Source: a virus (Duplodnaviria; Caudoviricetes). Taken from it: a stretch of 60,306 bases of DNA. Below the pieces are notes generated by a model, which made no database searches, was not told the DNA's origin, and saw nothing but the letters and a program-made list of their open reading frames with translations. The translations under genes were made by a program, and so were the position numbers. Of the stretch, positions 1 to 11,090 are shown piece by piece (within the stretch, counting starts at the first letter, position 1; each line of letters opens with the position of its first letter). The stretch spans positions 1 through 60,306 of the IMG/VR virus record IMGVR_UViG_3300030406_001449; one strand, given 5' to 3'.

Positions 1-698
1 CAGGCACACGCACACGCACAAGAGACACAGATTTCTTTAGTATGTTAAAACCAGGCACAGCTGCAGATATAAATATGCCTATTGAAGGACGAAGTATAGC
101 TAATTTCAAAAAAGAAAGAGATAGGTTAAAAGAAGCATTTGGTGTATCTGATGAGTTTTTTGAAGATAGTAGAGCAGAAGCAATTAACCTAGGATTAATA
201 GAGGCAGGGCTTCGTGTCGCAGGAGGCGAATCAGATAATCCATTAGCAAACTTATCTGCAGGGGCATCTCCTGTTATGAAAGCATTTACTGAAGAACAAA
301 GAAGGCTTAGAGGTGCTCAAAGATTAGAAAATCTAGCGGCTATGCAAGCTTATTCTGATGAAGCAAAAGAAATTAGAGGATATCAAGCAGCTTTATTAGA
401 TAGGTTTTATCAAAATGAAGCAGCGAAAGCAGCAAGAAGAGGTGACGACCATGATAAAGCTCACACATTAACAATGAAATATCTTGCTGACAATGTGCCT
501 GGTGGAATACCAACAAATTATCCAGGCAGATACCCAGATGCTACAGACGATTACAGAAGAATATATGAAGTAATGTTAAGTACCGTTAGAACAGGTCTGC
601 CAATAACAAAAGAACAAGCTGAACAAATGATAATAACAGGTGGTACTGGAAAACAACAACAACTCAATAAAGGATTCAGTGATACTAAAAACCCATAG
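1..698 (+). CDS. 3' part of an internal virion/ejection protein; continuation of the ORF starting at 59540 across the window junction
   Basis: The frame of ORF 42..698 is open back to the window start (GGC ACA CGC ACA CGC ACA = GTRTRT), continuing the Gly-Thr repeat at the window end. Lies directly before the giant virion protein. Confidence 0.7.
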   Translation, partial: GTRTRTRDTDFFSMLKPGTAADINMPIEGRSIANFKKERDRLKEAFGVSDEFFEDSRAEAINLGLIEAGLRVAGGESDNPLANLSAGASPVMKAFTEEQRRLRGAQRLENLAAMQAYSDEAKEIRGYQAALLDRFYQNEAAKAARRGDDHDKAHTLTMKYLADNVPGGIPTNYPGRYPDATDDYRRIYEVMLSTVRTGLPITKEQAEQMIITGGTGKQQQLNKGFSDTKNP

Positions 699-706
699 GA
701 GTTAGT

Positions 707-3700
707 ATGCCAAAATATAACATTACAGGCCCAGATGGACAATCCTACACAGTAGATGCTCCTGAAGGAGCTACTGAATCTCAAGCTCAAAATTATATAT
801 TAAATAAATATTATGCTCCTCCTGAAGATGAGGAGACTGCTGGTTTTTTTGAAGGACTTCAAAGTGGTACTAAGCGTTTTTTATCAGGCATTCAGACAGG
901 AGTAGAAGCTCCATTCACTAGCGGTGAAGAAGCTGCTATATCAGGTATTGAAAGAGGAAAAAATATAACTGGAGCTCCTGGCACAAGTCTTAAAAATGTA
1001 ACATCAAGAATAGACAGAGGTGAATATCTTGGTGCTGTAGGTGAAGCGTTATCTCAAGTACCTGGTGCTCTTGGCGAACAAACTCCTGTATTAGCTTCTA
1101 TTTTTGGAGGTACTAAACTAGGCACGGCAATCGCTACAGGCTTTGCAAGGGGTTTAGCTTTACCTTTACCTCCTCATCTTAGAATTGCTGCAGGGCTTAT
1201 CGGAGGTATGGCGGCACCATTTTTCTCTATGGCAGGTAGTAATATGGAGCGAAAAGCAGAGGAGGATATAAAAGCAGGTAGACCCGTAGATGTTGATGAG
1301 TTATCAGCTTATAGCACGGCTTTAGCACAGTCAGCTATAGAGCGAGCGGGTTTAGCGTACTCAGGTATAAGTAAAGTATTAGGTTTTTCTTTAGTAAAAG
1401 GAGGCACTAAAGCTGCTGAAAAACTTGCTAGAGAAAACATAGCTTCTGCTTTAGCAAAAGGTGCAGGTAAATTAGCAGTAGTTGAAGGTGCAACAGAGGC
1501 TACCCAACAACTACTTGAAAGGTATTATGCAGGGCTACCATTAACTGATGAAGATGCTCAAAAAGAATATATGGAATCAGCTTATGCCGCTGCTTTACTA
1601 TTTCCATTAGGCAGTTATCAACGTGCTAGTGAAAGAAGTGGAGCTAAACAAGAAATTAGACAAGAAAATATAAAAAAAGCTAAAGAAAAACTTAAAAAAA
1701 CTCAAGAAGAAGAAGAGCAAAAAGAAAAAGATGCAGATAAATCTATTAGTGAAGAAATAAATGATATTGAAAGACAAGCAAATGCTGAACTTGCAGGAGA
1801 CGTTGACTTAGGAGATATCTTCACTGTAGATGATATGAATAGAGCAAAATTCAGAAGTAGAGATACTGCTCGTAACAATTTATTAAAACTTGACCTTACA
1901 AAAATTACAGAATTACAACAAGCCGATGAAATTCTAACTGAAGCTTTACGAACTTATGATGATGCAAGAGTTAATAAAAAAGTAATCAGAAAACTAAGAA
2001 CTAAAGTTAGAAAAAGAATAAAAGAGTTAGAGACTACTGGAGATGCACCGCCGCCACCTGCAGAAGAAACTGATGTTGTTGTTGTTAGCGAAAAAAAAGA
2101 AGACGAAGAAAAAGAAGTTGTCGAGGAAAAAGACATTGTTGTTGAAAACAAAAAGAAAGATGATGAAAAAATTGTAACTGATGTTGGCGAAGAAATTATT
2201 TCTGCTGACGACGATGTTATAAATATTGTAGACGATAAAGTGGTTGAGGAAACAGCTGTTGAAACAACTGATGTAATTGAAAATGAAGAAGAAGTTTTAA
2301 ATTTTATTGCAAATACGGATAATGTAACTAAAAATAAAATAGTAACTCAACTAAATGTAACTCAAAGTGAAGCTACAAAAATACTTAAAAAAGCTCTTGA
2401 CGATGGAGTAATCAAAGCCGACACTAAAGGAAGAAGCACTATTTATACAGGAGTTCAAGATGATAGAAGAACTGGAAAAAGAGGTAGAGGAGCAGCTCAA
2501 GACGTTGACCAAAGAGGACTTGGAGTTGGCGTTGATCCTTCTGTACAACAAGCCAAGGCTAGCGACGACATTGCCGAAGAGGTTACAAAAAATGACCGAG
2601 ATGCAGTGGCTACTCTTGGATCAGATACTGGACAGCTTACTGGAAGAAAAAAACGAGTCGACACTCCATTAATACCTGCAAAACAAGCAGACGTTTTAAG
2701 AAAAAAACCAGGTGTAAAAACCACTGGAAAAATTCAAAAAAACTTTGTAGGAAAAACTGTAACTCTTGCACAAATAGACCCTGATATTCAAGGTGGATTT
2801 ACATTAAGAACAGGAGAATATATTAATAAAGAGGGCACTCCTGTTTTGCGTACTAGAGATAGAAATTTTAAACCAAAACAAAAACAACAAGGGATTGAAG
2901 AGTCTGCACCAGGATTAGTTTCAGAATTTGTAATTAATGACAATGCAATAATAAATCCTAACTCGCAACAATTTACGAAGTTAAAAAAACTAGCTAAAAC
3001 TGCTAGAGAAAAAAATACAAAAACTAATGTTTTTTTTGAAGGGCAGGTAACAAATTCAAAAGGACTTATTGAATCTTTTCAAAATGAATTAAAACAAATA
3101 AGAGCCATTGAGGCAGGAGATACAACAGGAGGGTTTGTAGATAACGCTTTATCTCCCGTTAGAAATACTGCTCTAAGACGTTTGACTCAACTTAAAGCAA
3201 ATGCTAGGAAAGCTTTAGCAGACCCAGAATTCAAAAAAGACATTAATAAAGAAAGTAATAAATCGCTTAAAAATTTATTATTTTCACGCAGACCTGGTAT
3301 TGAACAAGATAAAGAAGTTATTAAAGGTTTAAAAGGAGTACAAAATTTAGGTGAGGCTTTGACAACTATAGAGAAAAAATTTGGTGATTCGTTATCAACA
3401 GTTCAAAAACAACTTCTACCAATAATTATGGGAACTCCAAGAACAAATCAAACTTCTTTTAAAATTAGTCCTAAAATGGAACAAAAAGAAGGCGGATATG
3501 GTTCTTACGAATTAAAAACAGATACAATTAAAATATCTGACAATGCTGATTTGGAAACTATATTTCACGAAGGCACGCACGCAGCTACTGCAAATGAAGT
3601 TAGTAATCACGTTAATGAAGACGGCGTAGGTATAACTAGAATAGGAAAGCGTTTAGTAGAACTTTATAATGATGCTAAAAGAGCTGATGTTGATAATGAG

Positions 3701-6700
3701 TTTAGTATAGAGTTAGAAAATGTAGATGAATTTGTAACAAATGCCCTTAATAATGGGCAGTTTCAAGAATATTTATCTAGTATACCTGCCAGTGAATCTA
3801 ATTTTAAGGCACCTCCACCCCCTCCTACAGGTCAAGACGCAATACAAGAAGAAAATTCTTATATAAGAGATTTAGAAAGAAAAGGAGCTACTGAACAAGA
3901 GATTATTGGTTTAGTAAGAATTAGACGTGCTGGAAATAATACTGTGTGGTCTAAATTTGTAAACACAATAAAAGACATGTTTCGAGCTAATGATACGCCT
4001 CATAATGTTTTGAATGATGTTTTAGCCATATCTCCTAGTTTGTTTTTTGGTCCTAATGCAGAGCAGCAAATAGGAAGTGATAAAATATTATATAACAAAA
4101 ATGAAAGTTATACTGATGAGGAACTTAAAGAAGTAAACGAACGTTTAAAACAACCATCAGAAGTTGCAGCTGACCAAGAAGATAAAATAAAAAAAGAAAT
4201 CGGTGACAGTGATAGTTTAGTTTCTATCTGGGATAAAATTGCGACCTCTGTATTTTCATTTGACGCAGCTTTAAATAATAAAGTAAGAAGAGAATTAGAA
4301 AAAGATCAAGACACAGATTGGGAAGTAATATCAAAAACTCTTAATGAGATGTCGGTGTCTCAAGTTTTACATGTTGAAAACGTGGTAGAAGAGTTTTTAA
4401 AGTTTGGAAAAATTAAATATAACACTGACACAGATAAATTTGTGGTTGTAGATGAAGGAAATGCTAGTTTTCAAAGAGTTATGGATTCTTTAAAAGAACT
4501 TGCTGCTAAAGCAAATGTGCAATATCAAACAATGCGAGAAGCCGCAGATAAAAATTTTAAAGCAAGACGAGCTCAAGAGCTTATAAATAATAACAATATA
4601 ATAAAAGCTCAAATGAAAGCTTTATTTAAGCAAGGTAAAAAACAACAAGCAAAAGATTTAGGTAAAGCAAATTTAGTCAAAGTTTTGTTAACTCAGGATC
4701 AAATAGATGAGGCCTTAACTTTAAGTAAAACTTACCCTGAATTAAATGATATACACAATATGTGGATAGAAAGTAAAAATGATGCTATACAATTTTTAGT
4801 TGATACAGAAATAATGACTCCAGAACAAGCTAAAGAGTTTTCTATGGTGGTTGACACTGAGGGGGCCCCAGAGCAAATGATTGAAAAAGATGAGAATGGT
4901 AATTTTCTAGATACTTATGTGCCTTTTTATGGAAAAAATACAAAGAAAAAACCTAGTGCTCGTCAAAAAACACGTTTAGGAGATAGAGGAAAGTTTTATA
5001 GATTGAAAGGTACATATGAACCTGTTGATGATGTATTTACAAATATGGAACTTTGGATGCGTAGCTCATTAAAACGAGGTATGCTAAACAAAAAAGCTTT
5101 AGATAAAATAAAAGCAATAGAATCTTTACCTCAACAAGCTCAAGATACCATAATGAAAACAGGAGAGGACGTTGACCGTGCTAGTGCTAATACTGTAGCT
5201 ATGAGTAGAGTAAGAGACGGAGTTCGTAGAGTAGAATATTATCAGTTTTCTGATCCTTTTTTTGCACAAGCTTTTAGTGGAATGGAAAGAGCTCAAATAG
5301 ATGGGCTAGGTTTTATTACTAATATTTCAAACTTTTTAAGAAGTAACGTGGTTTTATATCCGTTATTTTCTTTAGCTCAGTTACCACAAGATTCAGTATC
5401 TGCTATGTTCAGCTCAGGTGTTAAAAATCCTTTTATGATTCCATTAAGAGTCCTAAAAGAATTTCCAAAGACTTTGCTTAATATGAGTCAAACTCACAAA
5501 GACATGAAAAAATATGGAGCAGTAGGATTTGCAGGAACTTACTCACAAGCAGATGTTGATGCTAAAGGTGAGATAATGGATGATGGATTTTATAATAGAT
5601 GGTCTTCTAGTATAAGAGCTAACCCTGTCGGAGATGCAGCTTTAACTTTTTTAAATCGTATAGCCATGGCATCAGACAACGCTGTAAGACAAGCTGTTTA
5701 TGAACAAACTATGAAAGAAACAGGTAATGAAAGATTAGCTATAGAAAGAGCTTTTGAAGTTATAAATTTTAAACGAGCAGGTTCTAACGCAGCTGTAACA
5801 ATGTTGCGTCAAACTGTGCCTTTCTTTGGTGCTTATTTACAAGCAGCTTCTGTACAAGGTAGAGTATTAACAGGTAGGGGTATAACACCAACACAAAGAG
5901 CTCAAGGTATGCAGCAATTACTTTTAACAGGAACACAGTTAGCAATGTTAACTTTGGCTTACACACTTATGGCAGATGACGATGAAGACTCAGAATATGA
6001 AAAACTTGATCCTACAATAAGAGATAGAAGATTTTTATTAGGAAACGGTGCATATATAACTTTAAGACCTGACTTATTTACTTTCTTATTTAAAATAATG
6101 CCAGAGCAAGTTATAAATACTATGAATGAAGAGCAAGATAATAAAAAGACTTTTGATTCTATGAAAAGAAATTTAGGTGAAATTTTTAACGCAAACATAG
6201 TTCCTCAAGCAGTTAGACCTATAGCAAACGTTTTATCTAATCGTGATGCTAGAACAGGAAGACCAATAGTTCCACAATCAATAGCTGATTTAGAAAAAAG
6301 AGACCAGTACACAGCGAACACAAGTGAGTTAGCAAAAATACTTAGCGATATGACTGGAAATGTTAGACCTACTGCAGAGTACGATTACTATTTACGACAG
6401 TATTTAGGGTACACAGGAGGCTTATTAATGATGTTTGCGGATAAAATAATTGATGATTTAGATGTATATGATTATGACAGAGCAACAAAATCTGATAGAG
6501 ATTTACTTGCGAGTATTCCTGGTATGAGTAATTTTATAGCTAGAGAATATGGTAATAGACATACTACCGATTATTACGAAGCAAAAGCTGAAATTAGTAA
6601 AATATATAATTCTTATAAAAATTTAGAGAAAAATGAATTTGACAGAAAAAGAGTGGAGGACTACGCAAAAGATAATTATTCTGTTATTCAAGCAAAAGGA

Positions 6701-6913
6701 GCAATAAATGCGAGAGTCAAAGCATTACAAGGTATAAGAAAAGAAAGAAGAAGATTAATTGAAGCACCTAGGACAATAATATCAGCAGACGGTAAAAAAG
6801 AATTATTAGATGCTTTTTATAAAGAAGAACGAGAAATATTACGAGAGATAAGAGACCTCCGTAAAGTCGTGTTTGGAACAGGCTTTGAAGACCCACCTGA
6901 AACTATACGTTAG
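707..6913 (+). CDS. Large polyvalent internal virion (ejection) protein, 2068 aa, with a zincin-like HExxH domain, a possible winged-HTH segment and an LPD38-like C-terminus
   Basis: RBS AGGAG; FHEGTHAAT...EFV metallopeptidase-like motif; C-terminal NRDARTGRPIVP...TSELAK resembles LPD38; last gene of the virion operon. Confidence 0.7.
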   Translation: MPKYNITGPDGQSYTVDAPEGATESQAQNYILNKYYAPPEDEETAGFFEGLQSGTKRFLSGIQTGVEAPFTSGEEAAISGIERGKNITGAPGTSLKNVTSRIDRGEYLGAVGEALSQVPGALGEQTPVLASIFGGTKLGTAIATGFARGLALPLPPHLRIAAGLIGGMAAPFFSMAGSNMERKAEEDIKAGRPVDVDELSAYSTALAQSAIERAGLAYSGISKVLGFSLVKGGTKAAEKLARENIASALAKGAGKLAVVEGATEATQQLLERYYAGLPLTDEDAQKEYMESAYAAALLFPLGSYQRASERSGAKQEIRQENIKKAKEKLKKTQEEEEQKEKDADKSISEEINDIERQANAELAGDVDLGDIFTVDDMNRAKFRSRDTARNNLLKLDLTKITELQQADEILTEALRTYDDARVNKKVIRKLRTKVRKRIKELETTGDAPPPPAEETDVVVVSEKKEDEEKEVVEEKDIVVENKKKDDEKIVTDVGEEIISADDDVINIVDDKVVEETAVETTDVIENEEEVLNFIANTDNVTKNKIVTQLNVTQSEATKILKKALDDGVIKADTKGRSTIYTGVQDDRRTGKRGRGAAQDVDQRGLGVGVDPSVQQAKASDDIAEEVTKNDRDAVATLGSDTGQLTGRKKRVDTPLIPAKQADVLRKKPGVKTTGKIQKNFVGKTVTLAQIDPDIQGGFTLRTGEYINKEGTPVLRTRDRNFKPKQKQQGIEESAPGLVSEFVINDNAIINPNSQQFTKLKKLAKTAREKNTKTNVFFEGQVTNSKGLIESFQNELKQIRAIEAGDTTGGFVDNALSPVRNTALRRLTQLKANARKALADPEFKKDINKESNKSLKNLLFSRRPGIEQDKEVIKGLKGVQNLGEALTTIEKKFGDSLSTVQKQLLPIIMGTPRTNQTSFKISPKMEQKEGGYGSYELKTDTIKISDNADLETIFHEGTHAATANEVSNHVNEDGVGITRIGKRLVELYNDAKRADVDNEFSIELENVDEFVTNALNNGQFQEYLSSIPASESNFKAPPPPPTGQDAIQEENSYIRDLERKGATEQEIIGLVRIRRAGNNTVWSKFVNTIKDMFRANDTPHNVLNDVLAISPSLFFGPNAEQQIGSDKILYNKNESYTDEELKEVNERLKQPSEVAADQEDKIKKEIGDSDSLVSIWDKIATSVFSFDAALNNKVRRELEKDQDTDWEVISKTLNEMSVSQVLHVENVVEEFLKFGKIKYNTDTDKFVVVDEGNASFQRVMDSLKELAAKANVQYQTMREAADKNFKARRAQELINNNNIIKAQMKALFKQGKKQQAKDLGKANLVKVLLTQDQIDEALTLSKTYPELNDIHNMWIESKNDAIQFLVDTEIMTPEQAKEFSMVVDTEGAPEQMIEKDENGNFLDTYVPFYGKNTKKKPSARQKTRLGDRGKFYRLKGTYEPVDDVFTNMELWMRSSLKRGMLNKKALDKIKAIESLPQQAQDTIMKTGEDVDRASANTVAMSRVRDGVRRVEYYQFSDPFFAQAFSGMERAQIDGLGFITNISNFLRSNVVLYPLFSLAQLPQDSVSAMFSSGVKNPFMIPLRVLKEFPKTLLNMSQTHKDMKKYGAVGFAGTYSQADVDAKGEIMDDGFYNRWSSSIRANPVGDAALTFLNRIAMASDNAVRQAVYEQTMKETGNERLAIERAFEVINFKRAGSNAAVTMLRQTVPFFGAYLQAASVQGRVLTGRGITPTQRAQGMQQLLLTGTQLAMLTLAYTLMADDDEDSEYEKLDPTIRDRRFLLGNGAYITLRPDLFTFLFKIMPEQVINTMNEEQDNKKTFDSMKRNLGEIFNANIVPQAVRPIANVLSNRDARTGRPIVPQSIADLEKRDQYTANTSELAKILSDMTGNVRPTAEYDYYLRQYLGYTGGLLMMFADKIIDDLDVYDYDRATKSDRDLLASIPGMSNFIAREYGNRHTTDYYEAKAEISKIYNSYKNLEKNEFDRKRVEDYAKDNYSVIQAKGAINARVKALQGIRKERRRLIEAPRTIISADGKKELLDAFYKEEREILREIRDLRKVVFGTGFEDPPETIR

Positions 6914-7116
6914 CCTACTCGCCAAGTTCTAACTCCTAAATGATTATCCTTAGAAGTAACAAAAGTCTTGACTCTAACCCCTGCACGTTTAGCACCTGAC
7001 TCTATTGCATATATCATATGCGAAGTTTTAAGAGTAGGCACAAAAAAACTTTCTCCTACTGCCATACCCTCAAACGGGAATATCCACTCTATTTCTTCAT
7101 ACAAGTTCAGGGTCAA
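6910..7116 (-). CDS. Small conserved phage protein (FPFEGMAVGESFFVP motif), possibly DNA-binding
   Basis: Overlaps the primase-helicase stop; the motif recurs in phage replication modules. Confidence 0.6.
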   Translation of the reverse strand: MTLNLYEEIEWIFPFEGMAVGESFFVPTLKTSHMIYAIESGAKRAGVRVKTFVTSKDNHLGVRTWRVG

Positions 7117-9946
7117 TCTCCTTAATAATATCTGGTGGTAGTGTGTCTGTGCTAATTATATAAGCATTAGTATTAAACTCATCTAGGCCAGGCTTCCAAT
7201 TAGCCGCCATCTTTTTACGTTTATCTACAATCTCTATGCCGTGCTGTTGCATTTGATATACAAACTGCTTAGGTGATACGCTGTTTTCCTCTATCAAGAA
7301 CTTCCTAAATACTGACTTAGTAATACACAGTTCTTTCTTATCCGTGTCTAGGCGTACATACAATGAGTTTCTTGGTTCTATAATTACTTTACCATCGTGA
7401 ATCTCTAGTATAGAGTTATTGTGCTGTGATATAAATTCTCCTATGAGAGAAAGGTAGTTAACATTGTTAGCTTTTACTACGTTATCTCTTATGTCTATCA
7501 TCTCTCCAACAATCTTACTGTATACTCGGTCTACATCTATATGCATAATACTAGCTTCATCACATATCTCTCCTGCTACCATAGTAACTGCCACTAAGTT
7601 TTCATAGAATCTAAACGCTGTATCATCACCAAAGTCTTTCTTAAATTTAGCTACCCAACGGTCAATACGAGTGTCAATCTCACTTCTCTCATACCCCATC
7701 AAAGCTTTGATAAACTCAGGTCCTGCCCACCCATGATTAGTCAATAGTGGGTTAAACATCTTACGCCCTTCTGCAGGTTTGTCCTTAAGTAGCTGAGGTT
7801 TGTGTAGATAGAACTCTATTAACCTGGCTATCTCACCGTTAGGGTCTTTCTTAGTGATGGTTAGCTTATCAATTAAAGAGTGGTTAGTAGTAAAGATACC
7901 TACTAATGACGCTGACATCTCATGCTCTCTTTCAGCGTTAATAGAGGCCTGCATACGTATCTTAGCTTTACCTTGTGATATCTTATGCACCATCTGAGAT
8001 AACAGACGACCGTGCATATTACCCACCTCATCTAACCCTAGTGGCAGGTTATGTAGCCCCAAGAATCGCCCTGTGAGGGCATTATCGGTGGTTTCTAACA
8101 CAGACATATCCTTAGGGTGCCCCCACATGCTTAACGCTGCATATAGAGCTCCTGTCTTACCAGCACCTGTATCTCCTGTCAAAGATATACTAACACCAGA
8201 AGTAGAGGTATAGCACATCAAAGCAGAGCTAAGACCTGTTAACGCTACGAAAGCATGTACCTCTAAGCCCTCTTGATTGAGTTTATTAGCTACCTCTTTC
8301 CATTTATCAAAGCTACCTGCTCGTACAATATGCCTAGCTATGTTACGACATAAGGCAGATGTAGGACTGCTGACCTCTTTGCCATTACTCTTGATTTCTA
8401 AATCGCCAATAACAAAAGCGTCTTCTTTGGGTGTCCAACCCATCTGAGTTCTCATTCTTGAAGCTGCCTTATCGGCTTGTAGATAAGAACCCCATGCAAC
8501 TAAATAATCCATAATAAGTTTCCATTGGTTGTTTTTAGGGTTAAATAATACCCCATGACTAGATATTAACTTCCTCAGCTCATTACCATCATAGATTGCA
8601 CTAAATGGCACATAGAACTCTTCAGGCTCATCGTGAGGAGGGTCTACTTTCATTAGCATACAATTACCATCGTGTGCACTAATGACTCTCTTCAAAGAAT
8701 AGAAATCATAAGTAGATACTAGATGTGTCTTTTGCTCTACTAAGTCTCCGTTCTCATCAAATACTGGTTTAGGTTTAAAATATATGCCACCCTCTTGCCC
8801 TCTGTAAAATCCTTCTCTTTCTATTTCTGCGGGTAGTCCTTGTAAGCTAGTGACTACTAAGGGTTTGCCATTCGGTAGTATCTGTACTTCAGTCTTCACA
8901 GGATTCATAGTGGTGGGTGCAGGTACAAACACCTTACCTAATATTAAAGGATTAGTTATCTTACCAAAATGAGGACAGCTTGGACAGACATCAGGGTTTA
9001 AGTTGTTAAACACCGTGCATGACTGTGGTTTATCTTGTGTTTGTGTAGCTTTTCTCTCTGTGCCCTCTTTACTATAACCTGGGTAGTCTTCAGATAATGC
9101 ATGTATAGCTCTGTCCCTGTCTACACAATGTTGAGCAATAGACAGTCCTGCGTACCATAAAGGCTCAGGCAGTGATGCTCTATTTCTAATTATATGTCTT
9201 ATCTGAAGACATCCTTCATTAGATGCCTCATCTAAACTTTTGTCAGCAATCGTACTAAACTTAGAAGAGTAATTACTTAAACCATTCATCTGTTTAGTTA
9301 GCTCAGTCATCTTAGGACTTTTTAATATATCTTCAAATGATTTTGTGATTGTACCTAAAAACTCTTTAAACATATCGAACTTATATATCTTTATGTCCCC
9401 GCTTATTATTTTTGTTGGTGTTGGTGGATTAGATTTAAAGTTAAATGTATTAGGACATCTAAGTATCCTAGATTTATCTGCAGTTACAGCAGGGTCTATT
9501 TGTAACCCATTATCAATACATAGTTGTTTGAATTTGTCTGCATACAGTTTCCACTCTTCTACAGGAACTGCAGTATCCAACATCCAATATGCGTGTATAC
9601 CATTACCACTATCTACGACCACAGGCGGTGGTAGCTGTTGTGATTGTATAAATTTTCCTAAGGCATTAACAGCTTCTTCCTGACTGCTAAACTCCTTAGT
9701 GTCCCCTACATCTAAGTCTACAAAGAAAGACTTCAAAGACTTTGCATTTTTTCTACTGTGTCCATCAAAATTAGCCATACCAATAAACACATGGCTATCA
9801 TGCTTTCTCTCCTCAACTCTATCAACAAGTTCGTCAATAGAATCCACAAAGATATGTCGCATACGCTGTCCTTCACCCGCAGGTAGTACAGCTACACAGT
9901 AAGTACCTTCATCAGGTAATACTTTACTGTAGAATTCTACACTCAT
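7097..9946 (-). CDS. Primase-helicase (RepB/AEP-like primase + Cys cluster + DUF927 + helicase)
   Basis: FFVDLD and SGNGIHAYW primase motifs; CPSCPH cluster; MGWT (DUF927-like); Walker A GDTGAGKT; Walker B LGLDE. Confidence 0.88.
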   Translation of the reverse strand: MSVEFYSKVLPDEGTYCVAVLPAGEGQRMRHIFVDSIDELVDRVEERKHDSHVFIGMANFDGHSRKNAKSLKSFFVDLDVGDTKEFSSQEEAVNALGKFIQSQQLPPPVVVDSGNGIHAYWMLDTAVPVEEWKLYADKFKQLCIDNGLQIDPAVTADKSRILRCPNTFNFKSNPPTPTKIISGDIKIYKFDMFKEFLGTITKSFEDILKSPKMTELTKQMNGLSNYSSKFSTIADKSLDEASNEGCLQIRHIIRNRASLPEPLWYAGLSIAQHCVDRDRAIHALSEDYPGYSKEGTERKATQTQDKPQSCTVFNNLNPDVCPSCPHFGKITNPLILGKVFVPAPTTMNPVKTEVQILPNGKPLVVTSLQGLPAEIEREGFYRGQEGGIYFKPKPVFDENGDLVEQKTHLVSTYDFYSLKRVISAHDGNCMLMKVDPPHDEPEEFYVPFSAIYDGNELRKLISSHGVLFNPKNNQWKLIMDYLVAWGSYLQADKAASRMRTQMGWTPKEDAFVIGDLEIKSNGKEVSSPTSALCRNIARHIVRAGSFDKWKEVANKLNQEGLEVHAFVALTGLSSALMCYTSTSGVSISLTGDTGAGKTGALYAALSMWGHPKDMSVLETTDNALTGRFLGLHNLPLGLDEVGNMHGRLLSQMVHKISQGKAKIRMQASINAEREHEMSASLVGIFTTNHSLIDKLTITKKDPNGEIARLIEFYLHKPQLLKDKPAEGRKMFNPLLTNHGWAGPEFIKALMGYERSEIDTRIDRWVAKFKKDFGDDTAFRFYENLVAVTMVAGEICDEASIMHIDVDRVYSKIVGEMIDIRDNVVKANNVNYLSLIGEFISQHNNSILEIHDGKVIIEPRNSLYVRLDTDKKELCITKSVFRKFLIEENSVSPKQFVYQMQQHGIEIVDKRKKMAANWKPGLDEFNTNAYIISTDTLPPDIIKEIDPELV

Positions 9947-10254
9947 ATCTGTATGCGGCCATCAGATTCTACAAACACTATAGCAGAAGCTATGTCATTA
10001 GCAGGAAGCACTCCATCTGCTAATCCTTGCTCTACTGCGTCCATAAATTTTATTACTTTCTGATGGTTTTGGTGCTTCATAGGTCCACCCCTGAACCATG
10101 AATGCACTGTCATACGAGATGTGCCCACTCCTTGAGCTACATATTTAATTGGTAAGTTTGCTTTTAAACATAATTTAGCTAACTGTATTCCTAGAATACT
10201 ATCATCAGCTTTATCTAATCCTAAAACAAATCTATCACTATATGGTCTTGGCAT
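9943..10254 (-). CDS. HTH (XRE/Cro-like) DNA-binding protein
   Basis: LPIKYVAQGVGTSRMTVHSWFRG helix-turn-helix pattern; start revised to MPRPYS (RBS GGAGG). Confidence 0.75.
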   Translation of the reverse strand: MPRPYSDRFVLGLDKADDSILGIQLAKLCLKANLPIKYVAQGVGTSRMTVHSWFRGGPMKHQNHQKVIKFMDAVEQGLADGVLPANDIASAIVFVESDGRIQI

Positions 10255-11087
10255 TATTTCCTCCATTTATCCATTATTTTATTAACATCGTCAGCCTCTT
10301 GAGCTGTATTCACTTTTACTTGTTCTTTATCTGAAGCCTCAAATGCTTCAAACTTAACAGGCTCTTTATCCTCTTCATCGTCAACTTGATACACAGTTAA
10401 CTTAATAGCATTGTAAGCCGCTTGATTCTCTGCTTGGTCTTTTATAACTTCTAATACCCAATCTTCTGCCGCCTCTACAGGCGAGAATAATGCTCTGGGT
10501 TTAGCTGAGTTGGGGTCGAACTGCATCTTAGTAACAATTCTACCCGCACTCACATTGTTGTTTGCTAACATTTGGATATATGTTTTAAATGGCCACTTAC
10601 CTTGTTCCTCTTTCCCAAAACAAGAGTTAGAAGGAAGAACTAATTCTAAAATATCACCCTCTGGGTCATTAGCTAAAACGATAGCTACTCTCCATGATAG
10701 TCTGCAAGAAGTTCCAACACCACCAAAGCCAGAGCCTCGCACACTGTTAGGACAAGTATGACAAGACTTAGCTTGGGGTTTTCTCACTTCTTCATCTGGT
10801 TTTTTAGAATCATTTGACCAACATATAGGACTTACTCTTTTACCCTCTTCGTATGAATCTTTATAATATACTCTTGATGGATTATGTGCCATCTTGATAA
10901 TTATAATACTCATTACAGCAGAGTCGGCTGTGCTGACTTCCTTGCCCCCAACTATTTTTCTAAACACACCACCTCTTAAAGATATGCGTTTTGTCTGGTT
11001 AGAGAAGCTACTATTAGCAACAGCTATAGTATCTTCATCTAACCCGATATTAGGGTTTCTCTCCAGTATGCCCTTGAGTTTATCCAC
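10254..11087 (-). CDS. Putative Zn-binding ssDNA-binding/annealing protein
   Basis: RISLRGGVFR; PICWS...CHTCP..GSG....SCR; acidic C-terminus ending DKWRK; located in the replication module. Confidence 0.55.
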   Translation of the reverse strand: MDKLKGILERNPNIGLDEDTIAVANSSFSNQTKRISLRGGVFRKIVGGKEVSTADSAVMSIIIIKMAHNPSRVYYKDSYEEGKRVSPICWSNDSKKPDEEVRKPQAKSCHTCPNSVRGSGFGGVGTSCRLSWRVAIVLANDPEGDILELVLPSNSCFGKEEQGKWPFKTYIQMLANNNVSAGRIVTKMQFDPNSAKPRALFSPVEAAEDWVLEVIKDQAENQAAYNAIKLTVYQVDDEEDKEPVKFEAFEASDKEQVKVNTAQEADDVNKIMDKWRK

Positions 11088-11090
11088 CTG

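Noticed and set aside
42-698. Independent 218-aa gene starting at 42
   Set aside because: There is no SD, and the frame is open upstream into the Gly-Thr repeat from the window end.
2205-2215. Isolated half-sites of the palindrome (GACGACGA here, CGTCGTC near 26667)
   Set aside because: There is no partner arm at 6-bp spacing; explained by Asp-Asp codons.
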